Assembly: GCA_041946805.1 (NCBI GenBank)
Contig: JBHGBC010000085.1
Coordinates: forward strand, 1 to 25,533
Direction: 5' to 3'
Source: a bacterium
GTDB taxonomy: Bacteria > Hinthialibacterota > Hinthialibacteria > Hinthialibacterales > Hinthialibacteraceae
Length of the DNA stretch: 25,533 nt
The notes beneath the pieces are model-generated. The model did not search any database. It was not told the DNA's origin and saw only the letters and a list, made by a program, of their open reading frames with translations. Shown here piece by piece: positions 18,384 through 25,533 of this stretch; the stretch's first letter is position 1, and every line of letters begins with the position of its first letter. Made by a program: the position numbers and the translations under genes.

Positions 18384-19244
18384 ATGTCTGATTACCACTT
18401 TTTGATCATCGACGGATATTCCAAAAAAAGCCGGGACGATTTGGAAACCGCCGGCATGTGCCTGGCCTGCACCCTGTACGTCAAGTTGCTGGAGCGCTAC
18501 TGCCCGGGGTGCGCCTACGACATCCTGCTGCCTACCGATCCGGGCGTGGAAATGCCCAAGCCGCCGGAGCTGGAAGCCTATAGCGGGATCATCTGGACCG
18601 GCTGCAACCTGACCATCTACGATCTCACCCACTCCAGCGTGGTGAAACAGATCCAGCTGGCCCAGGAGGCGTATGAAGTGGGCGTTCCCAGTTTCGGCAG
18701 CTGCTGGGGAATCCAGATGGCGGCCGCGGCGGCCGGGGGTGAAGTGCGGGCCAATCCCAAGGGGCGTGAAATGGGCATCGCCCGCAAGATCCGGTTGACT
18801 CCGGAAGGGCGCCAGCATCCCATGTACGAGGGCAAACCGCCGGTCTTCAATGGCTTCATCAGCCATGAGGATCACATCACCAAGCTCCCCCCCGGCGGCG
18901 TGCTGCTGGCCAGCAACGATTTCACGCACGTGCAGGCGATCTCCGTCACGCACAAAAAGGGGACCTTTTGGGGCGTGCAGTATCACCCCGAGTATGACCT
19001 GCACGAAATGGCGCGGCTGATCGTCGCCCGCGAAAGCAAATTGGTACCCGCCGGTTTCTTCACGGGCCACGACGACCTGGTCCAGTATGTCGACAAGCTG
19101 GAAATCCTCTTCGCGAATCCGGACCGCAAAGACTTGCGCTGGCAGCTGGACATCGACGACGACGTGCTGTCCGATGCCATCCGGCAATGCGAATTCGCCA
19201 ACTGGATCAAAAACCTGGTGGTTCCTTATGTGGAGAGTAAGTGA
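18384..19244 (+). CDS. stand-alone class I glutamine amidotransferase-like protein (putative amidohydrolase)
   Basis: Nucleophile elbow FGSCWGIQ and GVQYHPE supply the Cys-His-Glu triad; GREMGIARKI. GGAG RBS; no synthase partner nearby. Confidence 0.9.
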   Translation: MSDYHFLIIDGYSKKSRDDLETAGMCLACTLYVKLLERYCPGCAYDILLPTDPGVEMPKPPELEAYSGIIWTGCNLTIYDLTHSSVVKQIQLAQEAYEVGVPSFGSCWGIQMAAAAAGGEVRANPKGREMGIARKIRLTPEGRQHPMYEGKPPVFNGFISHEDHITKLPPGGVLLASNDFTHVQAISVTHKKGTFWGVQYHPEYDLHEMARLIVARESKLVPAGFFTGHDDLVQYVDKLEILFANPDRKDLRWQLDIDDDVLSDAIRQCEFANWIKNLVVPYVESK

Positions 19245-19316
19245 GATAAGCACCCAATTCACGGCAACTATTGACACGAATGCGGAGCAAGGATGCATGG
19301 CGCCCTTTCAGGGCGG

Positions 19317-19349
19317 CCCTCACCCTGCCCCTCTCCCGGAGGGAGAGGG
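19317..19349 (+). repeat. boxC-like repeat
   Basis: CCCTCACCCTGCCCCTCTCCCGGAGGGAGAGGG. Confidence 0.8.
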
Positions 19350-19472
19350 AATGAAGAAGGGTTCCTCCATGCGCCTTCCACGAAACAAGGCCGGAGAAAG
19401 TTCTGCGTTCGTTAAAGCAGTAACAATTTACAAAAGAATAAAAAACGGCGGGGGTGCGTTGCGGCATGCTCC

Positions 19473-20795
19473 TTATTCCCCCCTCCCCCCCTTTCCCACG
19501 GGAACATAATTCCACTTCACGGCCAGCAGCGCCCCGCTCAGGAACGCGCAGACCACCAGCAGATAAAACAGAGCGTCCCAGCCGTAGGCGTTTTTCACCG
19601 TGGCCACGATGTACCCGGACAGCATCTGGCCCATGGAGCCCACGCCGTTGATGATCCCCGCGGCCGTGGCCGCTCCCCGCTGCGAACCTTCATCCTGGGC
19701 GCCCGCGCCGGTCATCAGGGTGTCCGGGCCATAGGTCAGAAACCCGATGAGGCCGATGCCGATGGCGTTGGCCAGATGGCCCCAGCCCGCGATGGTGGGA
19801 TGAACCAAAAACGCCAAGCCCAATCCCCACAAAAACAAGGCCCCCACGGGGAAGCGGCGCGATTGAAACAACTTGTCCGACATATACCCGGCCGCGACCG
19901 CCCCCGTGAAACCCACCAGTTCGAAAACCGTGGACGTGTAACCCGCCTCTTCCCCGCTGTAGCCCAACCGCTCGGCCATGTACAAGGGCAGCCAGAACAG
20001 AAAGGCGTAGCGCGTCATTTTCAAAAAGAAATACATCAGTGAAATGATCCATACCGCCGGCTTGGAGACGATTTCACGCAGGATGGAGATCGATGTATGC
20101 GGCGCGGGGGGGGCCGCCGGTCCGGAATCCGGGGAACGGTTGCCCGACTCGTCCGCCTCGTCATCCTCGGGAAAATCAGGCAATCCGGCGTCGGATGGTT
20201 TGTTCCGGGTCACCAACAAATAACCGGCTGCGATCAGCAACAGCAGCAGGGCGGGCGCCCAAAATCCCCGCCGCCAGCCATACGCCGTGAAGAGGGGCAT
20301 GCGGTACACGCAATAGGTGGCCAGGGCCGTGGCGATGGCCCCCCCCAGCACGTAATTGGTCCCCCACCAGGCCATGACGATCCCCCGCTCTTTCCGGCGG
20401 AACCAGCAGGCCATGTTCTTCACGAGCCCCGACCAGCCCGTGGACTGCCCCGCGCCGTTCAGCCCGCACAGGAACATGACCAGTAAAAATTCCGTCCCCG
20501 TGAAACCCAGCAGGAGATTGGCCGCGGCCGACAGCGCCAAACCGGTCCCCACGATGATCCGCGGGCCGTACCGGTCGGACAGCACCCCGCTGATAAACTG
20601 TCCCACGCAGTACATGAGACTGTACACGAAGATATAATTGGCGTATTGCCAATCCGTCAGTCCCCATTCCTTCAATTCGGGGGCGATGACGCTCAGGTTT
20701 TTGCGGCAGAGATAAAACCCGGCGTAGCCCAGCCAGGTGATGATAAAAATCCGGTACCGCCAGATCACTTGCCGTGGGGTCAGTTCATCCGTCAT
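19473..20795 (-). CDS. MFS transporter, organophosphate:Pi antiporter (GlpT/UhpT/AepP-like) family
   Basis: TM1 GYAGFYLCRKN, GQFISGVLSDR, NGAGQSTGW, WFRRKERG, RYAFLFWLP, AAGIINGVG; two 6-TM halves joined by a hydrophilic linker. AAAGGAG RBS. Confidence 0.9.
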   Translation of the reverse strand: MTDELTPRQVIWRYRIFIITWLGYAGFYLCRKNLSVIAPELKEWGLTDWQYANYIFVYSLMYCVGQFISGVLSDRYGPRIIVGTGLALSAAANLLLGFTGTEFLLVMFLCGLNGAGQSTGWSGLVKNMACWFRRKERGIVMAWWGTNYVLGGAIATALATYCVYRMPLFTAYGWRRGFWAPALLLLLIAAGYLLVTRNKPSDAGLPDFPEDDEADESGNRSPDSGPAAPPAPHTSISILREIVSKPAVWIISLMYFFLKMTRYAFLFWLPLYMAERLGYSGEEAGYTSTVFELVGFTGAVAAGYMSDKLFQSRRFPVGALFLWGLGLAFLVHPTIAGWGHLANAIGIGLIGFLTYGPDTLMTGAGAQDEGSQRGAATAAGIINGVGSMGQMLSGYIVATVKNAYGWDALFYLLVVCAFLSGALLAVKWNYVPVGKGGRGE

Positions 20796-20933
20796 GGAAT
20801 TCTCCTTTCGGTTTCGTGCAAAATATCATGAGGGGAAGGGGTTATCCAGTATGGATGGGATAGTGGAATCCTGCCGGGGTTATTGATTCACCAGGATGTT
20901 AGCGGGTGATTACCATCCGTCCGGAACGTACGT

Positions 20934-21668
20934 ATGCCGATTTTAATCTGTGACGCCGTGGAGTGGGACGAGGCGCACCTTGCCCTCGATTACCCCAACG
21001 ATGTGGGGCAGTGGGTTATCGATGCCTTTGGCGGAGGATCCTCCCGCTTTATCAACTGGAAGGTCCAACGCGAATCCGCGCCCCCGCCGGGCCCGTTCGA
21101 TGGCGTGGTGGTCGGCGGATCGCCCGCCTCCGCCATTGATCCGGACGATTGGATCCGCCGGCTGGTGCAACTCATCCGCCAGTGGGCGGACGCGTGCGTG
21201 CCCTTGCTGGGCATTTGTTTCGGCCATCAGCTCATCGCTCACGCGTTGGGCGGCCGGGTGATCCGGAATCCCCGGGGATGGGAAGTGGCGAACAGCAGCG
21301 TCGATCTGACTCCCATGGGCCGCCGGGATCCCCTCTTCGACGGTCTGCCTTCTCCTCTCGAGGTCATGCAAACCCACCGGGATATCGTGGAAAGCCTGCC
21401 GCCGGGGGCGGAATGCCTGGCCACGAGTCCGCTGTGCCCGATTCAATCCTTCCGCCTCGGCCCATCCATCCGGACGGTGCAGTTCCATCCCGAGTACACG
21501 GTGGACCACATGCGCTTCGTGATGCTGCCCCGCCGGGACCGGCTCGAAGCCGCCGGCATCGACGTGGAGGCCAAACTGACCGTGCTCCGCCCGGCTCCCG
21601 GAAACCGGCAAGTGTTACGCAATTTTGAAGCGCACTTCGTTGCCCGCGGCGATGGACGAGATGGATGA
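20934..21668 (+). CDS. second stand-alone class I glutamine amidotransferase-like protein
   Basis: GGSP oxyanion strand, LGICFGHQ, GWE, VQFHPE; 244 aa with no ATP-pyrophosphatase domain. Confidence 0.9.
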   Translation: MPILICDAVEWDEAHLALDYPNDVGQWVIDAFGGGSSRFINWKVQRESAPPPGPFDGVVVGGSPASAIDPDDWIRRLVQLIRQWADACVPLLGICFGHQLIAHALGGRVIRNPRGWEVANSSVDLTPMGRRDPLFDGLPSPLEVMQTHRDIVESLPPGAECLATSPLCPIQSFRLGPSIRTVQFHPEYTVDHMRFVMLPRRDRLEAAGIDVEAKLTVLRPAPGNRQVLRNFEAHFVARGDGRDG

Positions 21669-21761
21669 CCGGCCGCTACTTTCTCCGTTCCCGCCCAGTT
21701 GAACTTCGCGAAGTCCCCTGATCCACATTGAAAACTTGTCTTCAAGGATGACAGGATAGTT

Positions 21762-21876
21762 GGTTCATCCGATAAGTGCGTACATTTTGCTGGGAGCGTG
21801 ACCGGACATCGATTAGACGGGTAGGAGAGAGCCACCTGAAATCCCCTCTCCCTCTGGGAGAGGGCCAGGGTAAGGG
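21762..21876 (-). mobile_element. MITE-like element, partial inverted copy E
   Basis: Begins GGTTCATCCGATAAGTGCGTAC. An inverted boxC-like repeat lies about 80 bp inside (21843-21876), matching the right-end spacing in copy A. Opposite IR not found. Confidence 0.6.
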
Positions 21877-21980
21877 AAAGCCTTTCCTCGGCGCCGATCC
21901 CTTCGGCGGGTTCCTATACGCCGGGCGGGCAGGCCAAGGAAAAGGGGTTGATCATTTGGGATTTGGGGATTGGAGGATTC

Positions 21981-22047
21981 AAAGAAAAAGGGCAAGACAC
22001 CCGGCCGGGCCGCGCGTCACGGAACGGTCCGGCGGGAGATTTGCCCT
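21981..22047 (-). terminator. probable rho-independent terminator of the CBM9-like gene
   Basis: Long imperfect hairpin AGGGCAA...CCGGGCCG / CGGTCCGG...TTGCCCT followed on the minus strand by TTTTCTTT. Confidence 0.55.
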
Positions 22048-22086
22048 ATAACGGATTGCCATTGTCTCTCAGTACAAATTTGACTC

Positions 22087-23601
22087 TCAGTACAAATTCC
22101 AGTCCGCCACATCCACCACGGCGGGGCCGAGCACCAGATCGCCATAGGATGCTTCGTCATGGGGTGCGCCGGTCCATTTCAGTTGGAATCCGGTGTCTTT
22201 CTCGGTGACGGGATCACTGTCATCCTCGTTGATCGCGATGTCGAAGCCGATCGTGGTGATATCGGCGGGCGTGAAGACCGAGGCTTTCTTGATCTTGAAT
22301 TCGGCGCTGTAGCCGTCATTGGTCGCCGAGGTCAGCGCGTACCAATCCATGTCCTCGCCGTAGAAGACCTCACCCGCGGTTGCCGCGTTGGCGTCCCGGT
22401 AGGAGTTGTTGGCGGTGATCACCAGCTGCCCGCCCAATCCGAATCCGGTGTTGTTGCCGACCGTGTGGCTGTGGTCGCCGTCGATGAACACTTCCACGGA
22501 ATCGTCATACCAGGTGTAGCCGTCTTCCACTCCCACCCGGCCGGGTTCCGTGTCGGCGATCACTTCGCTGTCGTTCACGTCCACGGCGACATACAGGTAT
22601 TGCGTGTCATGCAGCACATAGAGGTCGAAGGAGAGGTCGGCGTCATTTTGCGGCTTGGTGGAACCCTCGAATGGTCCCACCGCCACCCCGCCTTTCCCCT
22701 TGCCGCCCGTGGCCCAGGCCGGCTCGGTGATTTTGCCATCAACCGTGATGGCGGCGGTGATCAACGGCGCGGTGATGGACCGGCGGCCGAATTCCAGGTT
22801 GCCGTAGGTGTCTTCTTCATGGGCCTTGCCCGTCCAGCGGATTTGGAAATCGGCGGCCGTCGAGTTCGGATCGTCGGCGTCGTTCATTCCGACATTGAAA
22901 CCGATCACGCTGCCCGGCTTGGGATTGCCGATCTTGGACAACTTGATCCGGAACTCGTAGTTGGAGCCGGTGGCGGTGGCGTTATCCGAGACCGCCGCGA
23001 ACCAGTCCGCGTCCGCCGTGTCGCCGAACACCGGATTGCCCGCTTCCGCGTGCCGGATGGCTCCCATGGAAGTCATCACGAACTGGCCCCCGGTGGCGTA
23101 TTCTTCCGTGTGCGAGTTCACATTGCCCGTCACCCGGTTATGATTCCCGTCGATGAAGACTTCGACCGAATCCTCGTTCCAGGTTTCGCCATTGACATTT
23201 CCGGCGGCCAGATGGTTTACATACATATCGTCCTGCGTGGCCACCGCGATATAGAGATAATCATCATCGTAAACCGTCCAGACTTGAAAAGACGCATCGG
23301 GCTCATTGTCCGGCCGGTTGCCCGCATCGATCACTCCCGGCTGCACGGGACTGTCGATCGCGTAGTCGGGATGGATGCGCACACGCCAACTGCCGGTTCC
23401 GGTGGTCGCGCGTCCTTGCGTGGAGTAATCCCAGGCGGCATCGTCGATCACGCCATCGATGATGGGCGGCGCGATATCGGGAACATGCTTGAGATAGGCG
23501 GCGATTTCGGTCCGGTCCTGCGCCAACACCGGGCCGGGAGCGCCGAGCCATACCATACCAAATCCCAACATCAGGAACGCCAAAAACAGAAACCGTCTCA
23601 T
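22087..23601 (-). CDS. secreted protein with tandem CBM9-like (DOMON-type sugar-binding) domains
   Basis: Signal peptide ending VLA-Q. Two internally homologous domains, each with [I/V]DG...W, D..YLY[I/V]AV, W..DSVEVFIDG, GGQ, GF....ND.D-like and WTG..H.E..YG.L. GGGAGG RBS. Confidence 0.85.
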   Translation of the reverse strand: MRRFLFLAFLMLGFGMVWLGAPGPVLAQDRTEIAAYLKHVPDIAPPIIDGVIDDAAWDYSTQGRATTGTGSWRVRIHPDYAIDSPVQPGVIDAGNRPDNEPDASFQVWTVYDDDYLYIAVATQDDMYVNHLAAGNVNGETWNEDSVEVFIDGNHNRVTGNVNSHTEEYATGGQFVMTSMGAIRHAEAGNPVFGDTADADWFAAVSDNATATGSNYEFRIKLSKIGNPKPGSVIGFNVGMNDADDPNSTAADFQIRWTGKAHEEDTYGNLEFGRRSITAPLITAAITVDGKITEPAWATGGKGKGGVAVGPFEGSTKPQNDADLSFDLYVLHDTQYLYVAVDVNDSEVIADTEPGRVGVEDGYTWYDDSVEVFIDGDHSHTVGNNTGFGLGGQLVITANNSYRDANAATAGEVFYGEDMDWYALTSATNDGYSAEFKIKKASVFTPADITTIGFDIAINEDDSDPVTEKDTGFQLKWTGAPHDEASYGDLVLGPAVVDVADWNLY

Positions 23602-23679
23602 GTGCTGATCCTCCCTTTCTAAATAAAATTTTAAATCTTTGTGTTTCAGGGATAAAAAAACACTCTTTATCCTTTCCCC

Positions 23680-23708
23680 ACGATATGAAAACCCCCAAGG
23701 AAAGTCAA
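23680..23708 (-). promoter_or_regulatory. putative sigma70 promoter of the CBM9-like gene
   Basis: Minus strand TTGACT (23708-23703), 17-nt spacer, TATCGT (23685-23680), about 80 bp upstream of the ATG. Confidence 0.5.
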
Positions 23709-23751
23709 GCGAAAATCCGGTGATGCCGATAAATATTTTTTGCTTGCAGAA

Positions 23752-23866
23752 AATTGCGTACCGGATGGCAAAAAAGGCATTCCATCCACTCGATGATAGG
23801 GGCGGACACCTAGGTCCGCTCCTATAAAAATCCCCTCACCCCGGCCCTCTCCCCGAGGGAGAGGGA
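23752..23866 (+). mobile_element. MITE-like element, partial copy C
   Basis: TGCGTACC...AAGGCATTCCATCC...CGATGATAGGGGCGGACACCTAGGTCCGC...AAAAATCCCCTCACCCCGGCCCTCTCCC...GGGAGAGGG, colinear with copy A. Left IR eroded, right part missing. Confidence 0.65.
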
Positions 23867-23889
23867 ATAATTACTATTATCGTCATTTT

Positions 23890-23965
23890 CCCAGGGCTTA
23901 CGCCCTGGGCTATGCTCATGCCGCGCCGGGGGCGCTTGAATCACATGCCGCGCCGTTGGCGCTTG
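23890..23965. repeat. CCCAGGG-type REP hairpin with duplicated 27-bp tail
   Basis: CCCAGGGCTTACGCCCTGGG, then CATGCCGCGCCGGGGGCGCTTG (from 23917) and CATGCCGCGCCGTTGGCGCTTG (from 23944). Confidence 0.7.
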
Positions 23966-24056
23966 GAGAGAGAGAACGGCGGGCGGGTCTTCGCGCGGGG
24001 CGTCCCGCGGATACCATATACCCATTGTGTCCATCCCCATGCAAAAATGGATTGAT

Positions 24057-25337
24057 ATGACCCGCTTATTCCCTTGGCTTTGGTTGATGGTCCTGGTGGA
24101 AATGCCTGGGCAGGGCGCGCCAGCGGAACCGGTGTTTACGTCCACGTACCAGGTGTCGCCCGCGGGTACGGACCACTTTGACGCCGATGGCCAAAGCCGC
24201 CCGTGGCAAAGCTTGGGCTACGCGCTCTCCCGGATCCCGGATACGGGCGGCGTGGAAATTGTTGTCCAACCGGGGACCTATCCGGCGCTCAGTTCCACCC
24301 GCCGATTCGAGCGGAAAGTAACGATCCGGGCCGCCGTTCCCCGGGAATCCATCCTCCTGCCCGGCCCGGATCAAGGGCCGGTGCTGCTCACAGGAGCGCA
24401 CAACCTCCGGCTGGAAGGTTTTGTGATCGACAATCGCGCCAATCCCGCCGTTTCCAACGCGCTGCAAATCCTGGCCGGATCCTCGGCCATCGAGGTGGTG
24501 AATTGCCGCGTGACGCATGGCGGCCCGGGGCACGTAAGCGCCGACGCGGTGAAGATCCACCAGCAAGTCTCGCGGATTCGGCTGGAAGGCAACGAAATTT
24601 TCGATGCGAACGACGAGGAAGTGGAAATCGGCGATTGGGCCCACGACATCGTCCTGCGCCGCAATGTCATCTACCGCCGGCGTTCGTCCAGCCGGGAGGC
24701 CTTGGTGGCCATTCAGGAACGGGCCTGGCGGATCGTGCTGGACCGCAACGTGATCGTGAACATGAATCCGGAATCCGGATCGCCACTCCTCCGCCTGGGC
24801 AGTGGCTTGGAGAAGCAGGAGGAGACCAGCGAACTCCTCCTGCTGAACAATGCCTTCATCCACCGGGCCTCGGCGCCCGTGATCGCCCTGACCGGATGTG
24901 TACGGGCGATGTTCGCGGGCAACCTTTTCTTTACCCAGGCCGGGCATGATCCGGTACTCTGTCCCTGGATTCCCTATCCCGGGCTAAACCGGCCGCCCGA
25001 AATCGGCCAGGTCTTCCTTTGGGGCAACCGGATAAGCACATCCGCTTCGAACACGGAGGTCACCGGGGTGGCGCCCGCGTTGCTCGAAAACGGCTCAGTC
25101 ATCCGGCTGGATTCAGGGGGGAGCCAACTTCCCAGCCCTGTTTCCGGACCGGACCATGTCCCCGCGGGACTTGAAGAGGTGGAGAGGATACTTTTGGAAA
25201 ACCCGCCCATGGAGTGGTTGAATTTCCTCTTGCCCAATCCGGGAATTCAGGAGAGCGAGACTCCACCCTTTCGGGATCACCCCGGTTTACCCGAAACGCT
25301 GCGGACGTTCTGTGAAGAATACATAAGAAATGGGTAG
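24057..25337 (+). CDS. putative secreted right-handed parallel beta-helix (pectate lyase-like fold) protein
   Basis: N-terminal YQVSPAG...DG..RPWQSL..AL...PGTY cap typical of beta-helix proteins. Periodic Asn ladder: RLEGNEI, VLRRNVI, VLDRNVI, LLNNAF, FAGNLF. Start uncertain (24027, 24039 or 24057). Confidence 0.75.
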   Translation: MTRLFPWLWLMVLVEMPGQGAPAEPVFTSTYQVSPAGTDHFDADGQSRPWQSLGYALSRIPDTGGVEIVVQPGTYPALSSTRRFERKVTIRAAVPRESILLPGPDQGPVLLTGAHNLRLEGFVIDNRANPAVSNALQILAGSSAIEVVNCRVTHGGPGHVSADAVKIHQQVSRIRLEGNEIFDANDEEVEIGDWAHDIVLRRNVIYRRRSSSREALVAIQERAWRIVLDRNVIVNMNPESGSPLLRLGSGLEKQEETSELLLLNNAFIHRASAPVIALTGCVRAMFAGNLFFTQAGHDPVLCPWIPYPGLNRPPEIGQVFLWGNRISTSASNTEVTGVAPALLENGSVIRLDSGGSQLPSPVSGPDHVPAGLEEVERILLENPPMEWLNFLLPNPGIQESETPPFRDHPGLPETLRTFCEEYIRNG

Positions 25338-25420
25338 GATGGATTGGGTAACGGTGGTGAGCTGCACCGCACTTTGAACTCACCCTGCACTTGAGGGTTT
25401 CGCCGCGCTCAATCCCCCCT
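25334..25420. repeat. GTAG-type REP-like pair
   Basis: Starts GTAGGATGGATTG and ends TTTCGCCGCGCTCAATCCCCCCTA, similar to TTTCGCCACGCTCAATCCGCCTTA at about 11497-11520. Confidence 0.5.
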
Positions 25421-25456
25421 ATCTTCATAATCCTCTCATGAATAATTGACAAATAA

Positions 25457-25533
25457 GGGTCATCCGGGAAATGTGTACATAATGAGGTAAAATCGATTCC
25501 ATTCACGCCGGGATGAGGGCGGACACCAAGGTC
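25457..25533 (+). mobile_element. MITE-like element, copy D (cut by window end)
   Basis: GGGTCATCCGGGAAATGTGTAC...AATCGATTCCATTCACGCCGGGATGAGGGCGGACACCAAGGTC, closely matching the left half of copy B. Left flank ACAAATAA. Confidence 0.7.

Noticed and set aside
20934..21668. GMP synthase (guaA)
   Set aside because: Only the GATase domain is present; no ATP-pyrophosphatase domain or guaB neighbour.

Overview
GC-rich bacterial window with 16 protein-coding genes (the first truncated by the window edge). In order: the 3' tail of an FG-GAP-repeat gene; a DUF58 + BatA/vWA pair; an orphan prepilin-like protein; pyruvate:ferredoxin/flavodoxin oxidoreductase (nifJ) followed by a dihydroorotate dehydrogenase-like gene; a CX5R protein phosphatase; a secreted DUF6807/PmoA-family protein; and an APC amino-acid permease. 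Next is an aminophosphonate catabolism locus (phnX, phnW, pbfA) extended by a HAD hydrolase lacking the second motif-I Asp, two stand-alone class-I glutamine amidotransferase-like proteins and a GlpT/AepP-like MFS antiporter. The window ends with a secreted tandem CBM9-like protein and a beta-helix protein. Intergenic spaces are packed with several REP-like families. Two standouts: (1) the extended phnWX-pbfA cluster, whose accessory hydrolases may process N-substituted or esterified aminophosphonates; (2) a 211-bp MITE-like element with ~23-bp terminal inverted repeats and degenerate 8-bp target duplications, carrying two unrelated REP hairpins (2 full and 3 partial copies). All calls come from motif reading by eye; no searches were run.
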